The notes beneath the pieces are model-generated. The model was not told the DNA's origin, did no database searches, and worked only from the letters and a program-made list of their open reading frames with translations. DNA of 64,000 nt from Candidatus Harrisonbacteria bacterium CG10_big_fil_rev_8_21_14_0_10_40_38 (GTDB taxonomy: Bacteria > Patescibacteriota > Minisyncoccia > UBA6257 > 1-14-0-10-40-38), in assembly GCA_002773535.1 (NCBI GenBank), contig PFAZ01000001.1, positions 19,226 to 83,225 of the forward strand, in the 5' to 3' direction. A program made the translations under genes and the position numbers. Of this stretch, positions 19,997 to 28,762 are shown piece by piece (position 1 is the stretch's first letter; every line of letters begins with the position of its first letter).

Positions 19997-21055
19997 ATGG
20001 CAACATCAAAACAAAATTCAAATATAGCTTCATTTGTAAACAGCTTTATTGCCGACCTCGACGAAAGACAGCGCGAGGTTATTAAACTTAGATACGGTCT
20101 TGGCGGAAAAGAAGCCCAGACTCTTCAGGCGATAGGAAATAAATACAGCATCACAAGAGAAAGAGTTCGTCAGATCGAATCAATGGCTCTCGGAGCTCTC
20201 CGAAAAAAACTCGATGATGCATATGCAAAAAATTTCATCCAGACAGCCGTTAATCGCCTCAAGCTCGCAGGCAACGTTGAAAAAGAAAATCTCTTTTTTG
20301 CAGAACTAAAGAAAGAACTCGGCGACACAAGCGCAGATGAACCTTTCACAAATTCAGCAAGATTTATTCTTGAACTCTCAGGAAAACTCGGAACGCACAG
20401 ATACAACCACGATCTCGACTGGCACCCACATTGGCACATCACAACCGATGACAAAAAGCGTGCTCACGGGTTTATTTCCAAACTCATTTCAGCTCTAGAT
20501 TCAGAAAAAGAAGAAGTTCTCTCAAAAGACAAGTTTGACGAAGTTTTCAAAGCAGTTGCCAAAGCTTCAAACATTTCCGAGTCAGTTGCTAGAAACTTCA
20601 TCTCAATTTCAAAAAATTTCGGCACCAACGCTTTTGATAAATTCGGTCTCATGAAGTGGCCCGAAATAAATCCAAAGACAGCTCGCGATTGGGCATATCT
20701 CATATTAAAGAGAGAAAATAAACCCCTTCACTTTACTGATCTTGCAAAGACAATCGCAAAATTCAGAAAAGAAAAAAGAGTAAACGTCCAAACAGTTCAC
20801 AACGAGCTTATTAAGGACAATCGCTTTGTCCTCGTAGGACGCGGTCTATATGGCCTTCGCGAACAAGGTCTTATCCCTGGTACAGCGCTTGAGATTATTA
20901 AACACACTCTTACCGAAAATGGCCCGATGCACACCCATGAGGTTGTAGCGACTGTAAAGAAACAGCGCCTCATCAAAGAAGGCACAATCCTTATAAACCT
21001 ACAAAACAAAAAGCATTTCAAATCTCTTCCCGATGGAAGATTCACCCTCTGCTAA
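19997..21055 (+). CDS. Sigma-70 region-4-like HTH domain protein with long C-terminal winged-helix-like region (CPR-typical); the ORF track gives an alternative start at 19949
   Basis: LDERQREVIKLRYGLGGKEAQTLQAIGNKYSITRERVRQIESMALGALRKKL resembles sigma factor region 4. Confidence 0.5.
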   Translation: MATSKQNSNIASFVNSFIADLDERQREVIKLRYGLGGKEAQTLQAIGNKYSITRERVRQIESMALGALRKKLDDAYAKNFIQTAVNRLKLAGNVEKENLFFAELKKELGDTSADEPFTNSARFILELSGKLGTHRYNHDLDWHPHWHITTDDKKRAHGFISKLISALDSEKEEVLSKDKFDEVFKAVAKASNISESVARNFISISKNFGTNAFDKFGLMKWPEINPKTARDWAYLILKRENKPLHFTDLAKTIAKFRKEKRVNVQTVHNELIKDNRFVLVGRGLYGLREQGLIPGTALEIIKHTLTENGPMHTHEVVATVKKQRLIKEGTILINLQNKKHFKSLPDGRFTLC

Positions 21056-21138
21056 ACAAAAAAAGTTCAGCATGTGATAAAATAAAGCCGTGGTTTCAAA
21101 ATTTATGAAAGCACGGCTTTATTCTAAATAAGAAAAAT

Positions 21139-22380
21139 ATGCAACCAGGAGTTTGGGAATCTATTAAAGAAGTTTTTTCAGCAATTTGGTGGCTGATAGT
21201 ACCTCTAGCCCTCGGTTTTTTTCTTTGGGAACAGTGGCTTAGTTACATAAAAAGAAAATTTGTTATTGAGACAAAGCAGGTTCTTTTGGAAATAAAAATT
21301 CCCCGCGAAGTTCAAAAAACCCCAAAAGCCATGGAGCAGGTTTTTTCTGCTTTCAGAGCAATGTACTCATTCGGATTTAACTGGAAGCAAAAATACATAA
21401 AAGGCGAAGTTGAGCTTTGGCTCTCGCTTGAAATGGTTGGTACCGCGCAGGGCATATTTTTCTATATCCGCACACCAGAGAGTCATAGAAATCTGATCGA
21501 GTCTGCCATCTTTGCTCAATATCCGGAAGTAGAAATCCAAAAAGTTGATGACTACGTAGAAGAGATAGGTATGACGCTCCCAAATGAAGCTTTTGACTTA
21601 TGGGGTGCAGAGTTTACTCTTGCGAGAGACAATCCATACCCGATAAAAACCTATCCGATGTTCGAGGAAAAAATCGAAGAAGCTCAACTTGACCCGCTGT
21701 CGCAGATTATGGAAGTTATGTCCCGTCTTCAGGGAGGTGAAAGGATTATGATCCAAATTCTCGTAAAGCCTATTGGTGATGAACTCGCCAAAGAAGGCGA
21801 AAAACTCCGCGACAAGATTGCAGATAGAAAAAAACCCATTCCCGATCCATCAACAGCCCCTATCGGAAATTTTTTCAAAGATTTAGCCACAGCTCCATTT
21901 AAACAGCCGGAAGTACAGGAAAAAAAGAAAGAAGAAAGAGGCAATCTTCTTATGCTAACCCCGGGCGAGAGGTCAACCTTGGAAGCGATAGAAAAAAAAT
22001 CAGGAAAACTCGCTTTCGAAACTTTAGTCAGATTTGTCTTTGTAGACGACAGAAAGAGCTTCACCCGCTCGCATATTTCAGCTGTTATGGGCGCCATGCA
22101 TCAGTTCAACACAAACGACCTAAATTCATTCAAGCCAAATAAAGATACGCTAACAGCTATTCGCAAAGGTTTTTTCAAAGACCAGCGAACTTATTTAAGA
22201 AAAAGAAAACTTTGGGACAAATTTAAATTTAGAAGATTTTCTCCAAAAGGTTCGTATTTAAACACCGAAGAACTTGCCACTATATTTCACATACCATCAT
22301 TTGCAGTCAAAGCTCCGCTTCTTAGACATGTTCCATCCAAAAAGGGCGAACCACCAGCAGGCCTCCCAATAGAGGAGTAG
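21139..22380 (+). CDS. Membrane-anchored hypothetical protein (413 aa), partner of the downstream VirD4/TraD-like ATPase
   Basis: One N-terminal TM helix (WWLIVPLALGFFLW) followed by a large soluble domain with no recognised motif. Confidence 0.5.
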   Translation: MQPGVWESIKEVFSAIWWLIVPLALGFFLWEQWLSYIKRKFVIETKQVLLEIKIPREVQKTPKAMEQVFSAFRAMYSFGFNWKQKYIKGEVELWLSLEMVGTAQGIFFYIRTPESHRNLIESAIFAQYPEVEIQKVDDYVEEIGMTLPNEAFDLWGAEFTLARDNPYPIKTYPMFEEKIEEAQLDPLSQIMEVMSRLQGGERIMIQILVKPIGDELAKEGEKLRDKIADRKKPIPDPSTAPIGNFFKDLATAPFKQPEVQEKKKEERGNLLMLTPGERSTLEAIEKKSGKLAFETLVRFVFVDDRKSFTRSHISAVMGAMHQFNTNDLNSFKPNKDTLTAIRKGFFKDQRTYLRKRKLWDKFKFRRFSPKGSYLNTEELATIFHIPSFAVKAPLLRHVPSKKGEPPAGLPIEE

Positions 22381-22402
22381 CGTTAAGCGCAAGAACCATG
22401 TC

Positions 22403-22437
22403 CATAATTCATAATTCATACTTCATAATTCATATAT
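22403..22437 (+). repeat. CATAATT-family heptamer tandem array abutting the start codon of 22436..23986
   Basis: The units are cataatt cataatt catactt cataatt catat(ATG). Confidence 0.7.
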
Positions 22438-23986
22438 GAGCGACATCAACTTTTTCGGAAGCACAACTTTCCGAAACCAACAGAAAAAATTTGGCATAAA
22501 AAAAGACGATCGCCGTCGTCACATGTATGTGATAGGAAAAACCGGTGTTGGTAAAACAACGCTTCTCGAAAACATGGCTATTTCAGATATTGTGAACGGA
22601 AACGGGTTGGGCATTATAGATCCTCACGGTGAGTTTGCTGAAAAACTTTTAGAATACATTCCCGAAGAACGCATAGACGATGTCGTTTATTTTGATCCGT
22701 CAGATATAAACTTCCCAATAGCATTCAACCCGTTAGAACAGGTTGATCCTGAGTTTCGCCACCTCGTCGCCTCATCAATCATGGGCGTATTCCAAAAAAT
22801 CTGGATAGACGCATGGTCTGCGAGGATGCAATATATTTTAAATAACACACTCCTAGCCCTTCTCGAAAACCCTGGCACAACACTCCTCTCAATCATGAGG
22901 ATGCTAAATGACAAAAACTATAGAAAGGGTATTGTCGAAAATCTCACCGATCCGGTAGTAAAAAGTTTCTGGGCAAACGAATTTGCAAGATATTCAGAAA
23001 AATTTGAAACCGAAGCCACAGCCGCTATCCAAAACAAAGTCGGTCAGTTCGTCACAAACCCCCTCATCAGAAACATCTTAGGCCAAAAAGTCTCGTCAAT
23101 AGACATGAGAAAGATCATGGATGAAAAAAAGATTTTTATCGTAAACCTCTCAAAGGGAAAGATAGGGGAGGATAACTCGGCCCTTATAGGTTCGATGATT
23201 ATCACAAAGCTCCAACTCGCCGCCATGTCTCGTGTAGATATTCCAGAGAAAGACAGAAACGACTTTTATCTCTACGTAGATGAGTTTCAAAACTTTGCCA
23301 CAGACTCATTTGCAAACATTCTCTCCGAGGCGAGAAAATACCGCCTTTGTCTTGTGCTCGCGCACCAGTACATTCGCCAGCTAACTCACAACGAAAACAC
23401 AAAAGTCAGAGACGCTGTTTTTGGTAACGTGGGAACCATGGTCAGTTTCAGAGTTGGAGCCGATGATGCAGAGTTTTTAGAGCGTGAGTTTCAACCAGAC
23501 TTTCTCGCCACCGATCTTGTAAATCTTGCCAAATATAATGCTTATATAAAACTTATGATAGACGGCATAGCCGCGCGACCATTTTCTGCCGAGTCGCTTC
23601 CGCCAACACCCCTCCCTCCAAAATCATACAAAGAAGACATTATCGAAAATACGAGGCAAAAATACGGCATGGCACGAGAACGTGTAGAAGAAAAAATTAG
23701 AAACGAATGGATGCCATCAGGTGAAAAAGCAGCCGAAGAACTCGTTCAAAGAAGGGGAGAGCAATCCTTAGATAGAGTTTTGAGAAATGCCAAACCTCCG
23801 AAAAAAAATAAACCCGAAAACCAAAACGGATCAAACAGTGAAAACGAAAAACCAAAAGAAAACGAACAAAAGCAAAAAGAAAAAAAAGAAATCAATCTCG
23901 CAGAGTTAAGACAAGCGCTCTCACAGGCCCTAAACGAAAAAAACGTCTCAAAAGAACAAGAACCCGAAGAACCACCGAGTCCATAA
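22436..23986 (+). CDS. P-loop ATPase of the TraD/VirD4 (type IV coupling protein) / FtsK-HerA superfamily
   Basis: Walker A VIGKTGVGKTTLL, Walker B YLYVDEFQNFA, and a LVLAHQYIRQL...FGNVGTMVSFRVG block typical of coupling-protein ATPases; the C-terminus is a Lys/Glu-rich low-complexity tail. Confidence 0.55.
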   Translation: MSDINFFGSTTFRNQQKKFGIKKDDRRRHMYVIGKTGVGKTTLLENMAISDIVNGNGLGIIDPHGEFAEKLLEYIPEERIDDVVYFDPSDINFPIAFNPLEQVDPEFRHLVASSIMGVFQKIWIDAWSARMQYILNNTLLALLENPGTTLLSIMRMLNDKNYRKGIVENLTDPVVKSFWANEFARYSEKFETEATAAIQNKVGQFVTNPLIRNILGQKVSSIDMRKIMDEKKIFIVNLSKGKIGEDNSALIGSMIITKLQLAAMSRVDIPEKDRNDFYLYVDEFQNFATDSFANILSEARKYRLCLVLAHQYIRQLTHNENTKVRDAVFGNVGTMVSFRVGADDAEFLEREFQPDFLATDLVNLAKYNAYIKLMIDGIAARPFSAESLPPTPLPPKSYKEDIIENTRQKYGMARERVEEKIRNEWMPSGEKAAEELVQRRGEQSLDRVLRNAKPPKKNKPENQNGSNSENEKPKENEQKQKEKKEINLAELRQALSQALNEKNVSKEQEPEEPPSP

Positions 23987-24016
23987 TTCATACTCCATAC
24001 TCCATACTTCTATTTT
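23982..24016 (+). repeat. CATAATT-family heptamer array overlapping the stop codon of 22436..23986
   Basis: The units are cataatt catactc catactc catactt ctatttt. Confidence 0.65.
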
Positions 24017-24017
24017 A

Positions 24018-24057
24018 TAAAAAAACCCCCACCCGTGCCTTGCGGCTCGGGTGGGGG
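24018..24057 (-). terminator. Intrinsic terminator for the - strand ORF 24089..24358
   Basis: cccccacccg / cgggtggggg 10-bp GC stem; on the - strand it is followed by a T7 run. Confidence 0.7.
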
Positions 24058-24088
24058 ATTGCGTTGTTAGCAAAAAACTCAATTCATT

Positions 24089-24358
24089 CTATTGCGATTC
24101 TTGCCTCTGTCTTCTCTCGTCACCTATCCTTTTCAAGATCTCGTCAACATCCCTATCTAAATATTTCATGATCGGCTTTAGTAGCCATCTCTCAAATATA
24201 TTTAGTCTCAATTTTTTCATAATAGAAGTCTCGCATTTTTCTATTTCATCATTTTTCTTTTTGATTAGCTCAAGAATCGCTCGCACAACAAGATGATTCA
24301 ATCTATGAGTAGCTTTCAAATACCGAAAAATCGGATATCTAACAATATTTCCCAGCAT
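24089..24358 (-). CDS. Hypothetical small protein (89 aa)
   Basis: An ORF with a strong terminator immediately downstream; no recognisable motif. Confidence 0.4.
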   Translation of the reverse strand: MLGNIVRYPIFRYLKATHRLNHLVVRAILELIKKKNDEIEKCETSIMKKLRLNIFERWLLKPIMKYLDRDVDEILKRIGDERRQRQESQ

Positions 24359-24563
24359 CCTTCCCTCCGTATTTTTTCACTGGTTTGAAATGTGCGAGAA
24401 AGATTAAACCTGTAAAATCAGGCTCAATCACTAAAAATAAAATACATCAAAAACCCCAAAAAAGTCAAATAACAACCTCACAAATTGACAAAAAAAGAAA
24501 AGAATGCAAACTAGCCAATAGTTCCAAAACAACCAAAAACCCAAGAACGAGGAGGATAGACAA

Positions 24564-24653
24564 ATGGCAACAAAGAACCTCAAGAAACTCTCGAAGAGGA
24601 TGGATATTCCTGTAAACGCATTTCAAGAATGCGCTCGGTCTCAAAATTACTGA
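24564..24653 (+). CDS. Small ORF (28 aa, MATKNLKKLSKRMDIPVNAFQECARSQNY) with strong SD; a possibly frameshifted longer gene continues in the +1 frame to 24774
   Basis: aggagg lies 7 nt upstream of the ATG. The protein-like +1 frame (..TVPEAKEAYYNAPEDSEAERAALRKIYDLFKDEE*) has no start codon. Confidence 0.25.
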   Translation: MATKNLKKLSKRMDIPVNAFQECARSQNY

Positions 24654-24788
24654 AACATGTGATGCCACCACAGTCCCCGAAGCGAAAGAAGCATACTATA
24701 ATGCTCCCGAGGACAGCGAAGCAGAACGTGCTGCCCTCCGCAAAATCTACGACCTCTTCAAAGACGAAGAGTAACCCCCTCGACCCAA

Positions 24789-24822
24789 GCCTCCGGCAAC
24801 CCCCGGAGGCTCTAACTTTTTA
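24789..24822 (+). terminator. Intrinsic terminator
   Basis: gcctccgg-caaccc-ccggaggc followed by tctaactttttaat. Confidence 0.65.
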
Positions 24823-24849
24823 ATAATATTTAAAACTTTTTTTATGCCG

Positions 24850-25112
24850 CCATGCGGTATAAAAAAATACCGTAAGTCCATTCCCACTCCCCAAATACAG
24901 AGAAAGCAACACAACCAAGTTCCCAATCTCCCCGCTCTACGGGGAGAGCAGGGAACTACCTTAAGTCCAACTTTCTTTGAAGGCGTCTTCTTAAGTCCTT
25001 GAACGGATTACGGAGGCTGTTTTGGCATGGTCCCCCGCAAACGCGGGGGCAAAACAGCCGGAGTCCTCGGAGTCCAGCGCTGGCTGGACGAGAATGAGCG
25101 AAAGGACTTAAG
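24850..25112. ncRNA. Highly structured intergenic element (candidate ncRNA or efp 3'-UTR structure); strand undetermined
   Basis: Perfect helices: tcttcttaagtcctt(24999-25013)/aaggacttaagaaga(25097-25111); ggctgttttg/caaaacagcc; cccccgc-aaac-gcggggg; gtccagc-gctg-gctggac; tctccccg-ctcta-cggggaga nested in agttccc/gggaact. Confidence 0.35.
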
Positions 25113-25683
25113 AAGATGCCTTTTCCACTCTCTCTACATAGCTTCCTGTCTCTGTATTTACCCTCACAACATCTCCAACATTCACAAAAAACGGAACATT
25201 AACGATAGCCCCAGTCTCAAGTGTCGCCGGCTTCGATCCGCCAGAAGCGGTATCACCCCTGATCCCTGGAGGAGTTTCTTTTACTTCGAGGTCTAGTTTT
25301 ACCGGAACTTCGATGTTTATTATTTTCTCGTCAAAGTAATCCGCGGTTACTTCGGTATTTTGTTTCAAAAATTTTGCAGGCGTCCCGATAATGTCTTCTC
25401 CTAAAGAAAACCTTGCTGAAGGGTTGTCGATTTCACAAAACCAAAACTCTCCTTTATTGCTGTACAAAAACTTTACCGATCGCTTTTCTATATCCGCTTC
25501 GTCAAATGACTCGTTCATATGAAAGCTCCTCTCGGCAATTTTCCCCGTGATAAGGTTTCTGATTTTTGTCTTTGCGACAGGCTTCCTCTGTTGCATACGA
25601 AGAAACTCATACTCAAGCACTTGGTACGGTTGTCCCTCCATAACAAAAAGTACGCCTTTCTTTAAATCTGTATAACTAAGCAT
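25108..25683 (-). CDS. efp: Elongation factor P
   Basis: MLSYTDLKKGVLFVMEGQPYQVLEYEF... with full three-domain EF-P length; the ORF track extends further upstream to 25746. Confidence 0.9.
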   Translation of the reverse strand: MLSYTDLKKGVLFVMEGQPYQVLEYEFLRMQQRKPVAKTKIRNLITGKIAERSFHMNESFDEADIEKRSVKFLYSNKGEFWFCEIDNPSARFSLGEDIIGTPAKFLKQNTEVTADYFDEKIINIEVPVKLDLEVKETPPGIRGDTASGGSKPATLETGAIVNVPFFVNVGDVVRVNTETGSYVERVEKASS

Positions 25684-25766
25684 GTGAGAAATTTTACCCG
25701 ATTCTACAAAAAAATCAAACCTCGCTAAAACTAGCTTTTCCCGCAAAAAGTTGATTAAATAATATT

Positions 25767-26546
25767 ATGAAAAAATACATATTAATATTCGTTGCAATTG
25801 TAGCCGTAATTGGAATTTTTGCTTATTCAAATTCTTCCAAGTCAGATCAATCAGCTTTTTTTAAAGATGAGCTTATCAAATCCGGTCTTGAGCGTTTTGG
25901 TCAACCGATAGAAGGTTTTAACGCATTCATATATCTCGAAGCATTCCCAGGTTTTGAAGAGGTAGATTTTGACGGCGTCGAGACACTCGAAGGCAAAATG
26001 ACTTTTAAAGATGGAACGCTGACATTTGAGCGCACCGCTGACAACCCAATAACATCAGCCGAAAGCATGATTTCAGACGAGGGCTACACAACGCTCATGA
26101 AAAACTTTTCAGAACGCATTGGTGTAAATGTAGAAACAGAAGCCGATGTCGCCACGCTACTTGAAAAACTCCACGAAAGCAACGGAGAACCCAACGCAAA
26201 CGGAGACGACAATACCGGAATTTTGCCATTCAAATCTGGCGCGATGGGAAAGGTATTACTCGGCCCAACTTGTCCGGTCGAAAAAGATCCACCTGACCCA
26301 AACTGTGCCGACAAAGGATACGCGACCACCATACAGGTTATAGAAAAGAACAGTCCTAAAAGTTCACTTTTCTCTAGCGTAGAAACAGATAAAGAAGGGA
26401 ACTATAAAGTTTTTCTCCCTCCGGGTGAATATGAGCTCCAAGCATTAGGAGGCAAGACCTTTCCGAGATGCGAGTGGGAGGATATCACCATAGAGCCAGA
26501 CACTATGATAAAAATAGACCTCACTTGCGACACTGGCATTAGATAA
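25767..26546 (+). CDS. Secreted or lipoprotein-like hypothetical protein
   Basis: N-terminal signal peptide MKKYILIFVAIVAVIGIFAYS; C-terminal beta-sandwich-like GNYKVFLPPGEYEL. Confidence 0.5.
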   Translation: MKKYILIFVAIVAVIGIFAYSNSSKSDQSAFFKDELIKSGLERFGQPIEGFNAFIYLEAFPGFEEVDFDGVETLEGKMTFKDGTLTFERTADNPITSAESMISDEGYTTLMKNFSERIGVNVETEADVATLLEKLHESNGEPNANGDDNTGILPFKSGAMGKVLLGPTCPVEKDPPDPNCADKGYATTIQVIEKNSPKSSLFSSVETDKEGNYKVFLPPGEYELQALGGKTFPRCEWEDITIEPDTMIKIDLTCDTGIR

Positions 26547-26580
26547 TCAAATACTTAAATACCCCAAAAAACACGGCAAC

Positions 26581-28728
26581 ATGAAAGTTGCCGTGCTTCC
26601 TTCTAAACTCCAAAAAAACTGGATTTTCCAGCAAAAAGAGGGGATAATAGCAATAAATAAAACTCTTCAAGTTCTCAAATATAGAAATATGAAAAAAATA
26701 CTAGACATCATAAAAGATTCAAATTACAGTTTTTCACTTTTTGATCAAAAACTTATTGATGAGTTGGAGCAGAAAATCACTATTAAAGACGGCAAACCAT
26801 ATGTTGTTTGCGCTATTCGCGACAAAGAAATTGTATTGAAGCCAGAGGAAATAGTGCGCCAGCTATACGCAATGAAATTACTTGGGGAATATGGTTACCC
26901 GAAAACCAGAATTAAATTTGAACACGCAATTCATTTTGGTCGTGAAATAAAATCCGCCGACATTGTTATTTTCGACAAAGACCGCCCGACCGTTGAATAC
27001 ATTATTGTAGAAATAAAAAAGCCAAAACTTCAAGACGGAAAAAATCAACTTCGCTCATATACCAACGCCACCGGCGCGCCGATTGCTGTTTGGACCAATG
27101 GTGGTCAAATTTCTCACTACAACCGCAAAGATCCGAACTATTTTGAAGACATTACCGATATTCCAAAAGCCGACCAAACGCTTGAAGATATTTTGAAAGA
27201 AAGGTTTACTCTCAAAGACTTAATCATCAAAGACAAAATCCCAAATGAGGGGAAATCACTCAAAACCATTATTCAGGATATGGAAGACGAGGTTTTGGCC
27301 GCCGCCGGTGTGGACGTCTTTGAAGAAGTATTTAAACTTATTTTTACCAAACTTTACGATGAATTACAGAGCAAGAAAGATAAAATGCGTCTGGAAATTT
27401 ATCTTGAAGATAAGTTAAGCAAAGAAGATCGCGGAGATTATGACAAGGTAAAAGAAATTTTGGCAAAAATTGATGACAGCAGTTTCAGGGTTCTGGAATT
27501 TAGAAACACCGGACAATCAGAGGGCGAACTTAAAAAGAAAATCCAAAAACTTTTTGACGAAGCCAAAGCCAAATGGCCGGGCGTTTTTGACGAAGCTAGC
27601 CAGATTCTACTTTCTCCATCACATCTTTCTGTTGTAGTTTCCGGTTTTCAAGATATAAAACTTTTTAACTCAAACCTGCAAATTATTGATGAAGCTTTTG
27701 AATATTTAGTTAGTAAGTCAGCTAAAGGTGAAAAAGGCCAATACTTCACCCCTCGCCATGTGATTGATATGTGCGTCAAAATGCTCAATCCAAAAGCTGG
27801 CGAATATATGGTAGATACCGCCGCCGGTTCTTGCGGATTTACCGTTCACACTATTTTTCAAATTACAGGACACCTATTTCAAAACACGGATATTTCCGAA
27901 AAAGAAAAAGAAAATGTGCTAAAAGTTTTTGGCATTGATTTTGACGAAAAAGTCGTGCGCGTGGCTCGCACCTTAAACCTGATTGCCGGAGACGGAAACA
28001 CTAATGTTTTGCACCTCAACAATCTTGATTATGAACGCTGGAATGAATCAATTCAAAATCGCGATTGGCTGGAAGTGTACGGAGCGGGATTAAAACGGCT
28101 TGAAGTTCTGCAAAAAGATAAAAGTTCATACAAAGAATTTAATTTTGATATTCTCATGGCAAACCCGCCATTTGCCGGAGACATCAAGGAATCCCGTATA
28201 ATCCACAAATACGATCTTGGCTACAATGACAAAAACAAGCCAAAATCAAAAGTTGGGCGCGATATTTTGTTTATTGAGAGAAACTTAAATTTTTTGAAGC
28301 CGGGCGGAAGAATGGCAATTGTTTTACCTCAAGGACGTTTTAACAATACATCAGACAAAGCAATTCGCGAGTATATCGCCGAAAAAGGCAGAATTTTGGC
28401 TGTTGTCGGACTCCACGTAAACACTTTCAAACCACACACGGGAACAAAAACCAGCGTACTTTTTGTGCAGAAATGGGACAATAAACTATGCCCGAAAGTG
28501 GAAGACTACCCGATTTTCTTTGCTGTTTCCGAGAAATCCGGCAAAGATAATTCCGGCGAGTATGTGTTTTTGAAAAACGGAGGTGGTCAGTCGAAATTGG
28601 ATAAAAACGGCCATTTAATAATCGAGCACGATCTGCACAACCACGACGGAGAATTGCCCGACGGCGTGGCGGAAAAATTTATTGAATGGGCAAAGTCGGA
28701 AAAATTAAGTTTTTGGAAGCAGTTATGA
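26581..28728 (+). CDS. Fused restriction-modification subunit: N-terminal HsdR_N-type PD-(D/E)xK nuclease domain + gamma-class N6-adenine DNA methyltransferase (BcgI-A / Type IIB-IIG-like); the start may instead be 26689
   Basis: Nuclease motif ...SADIVIFDKDRPTVEYIIVEIKKPK (D...ExK). MTase motifs QYFTPRHVIDMCVKML (X), VDTAAGSCGF (I), MANPPF (IV). Confidence 0.75.
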   Translation: MKVAVLPSKLQKNWIFQQKEGIIAINKTLQVLKYRNMKKILDIIKDSNYSFSLFDQKLIDELEQKITIKDGKPYVVCAIRDKEIVLKPEEIVRQLYAMKLLGEYGYPKTRIKFEHAIHFGREIKSADIVIFDKDRPTVEYIIVEIKKPKLQDGKNQLRSYTNATGAPIAVWTNGGQISHYNRKDPNYFEDITDIPKADQTLEDILKERFTLKDLIIKDKIPNEGKSLKTIIQDMEDEVLAAAGVDVFEEVFKLIFTKLYDELQSKKDKMRLEIYLEDKLSKEDRGDYDKVKEILAKIDDSSFRVLEFRNTGQSEGELKKKIQKLFDEAKAKWPGVFDEASQILLSPSHLSVVVSGFQDIKLFNSNLQIIDEAFEYLVSKSAKGEKGQYFTPRHVIDMCVKMLNPKAGEYMVDTAAGSCGFTVHTIFQITGHLFQNTDISEKEKENVLKVFGIDFDEKVVRVARTLNLIAGDGNTNVLHLNNLDYERWNESIQNRDWLEVYGAGLKRLEVLQKDKSSYKEFNFDILMANPPFAGDIKESRIIHKYDLGYNDKNKPKSKVGRDILFIERNLNFLKPGGRMAIVLPQGRFNNTSDKAIREYIAEKGRILAVVGLHVNTFKPHTGTKTSVLFVQKWDNKLCPKVEDYPIFFAVSEKSGKDNSGEYVFLKNGGGQSKLDKNGHLIIEHDLHNHDGELPDGVAEKFIEWAKSEKLSFWKQL

Positions 28729-28762
28729 AGCACTAAACTATATTAAATACTTTGGATCAAAT

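Noticed and set aside
24850-25112. Assignment of the structured element to RNase P RNA, tmRNA or SRP RNA
   Set aside because: The family signature sequences I looked for were absent: the GGAAAGUCCGG / ACAGAAnCCGGCUUA P4 strands and GGGUGAAA block for RNase P, the tRNA-like GGUUCGAnUCC T-arm and a tag ORF ending GCNGCNUAA for tmRNA, and the GGAAG..AGCAGCC domain IV for SRP. The element is left unclassified.
25027-25296. 89-aa + strand ORF
   Set aside because: It lies in the structured intergenic element and antisense to efp, with no SD and no motif.
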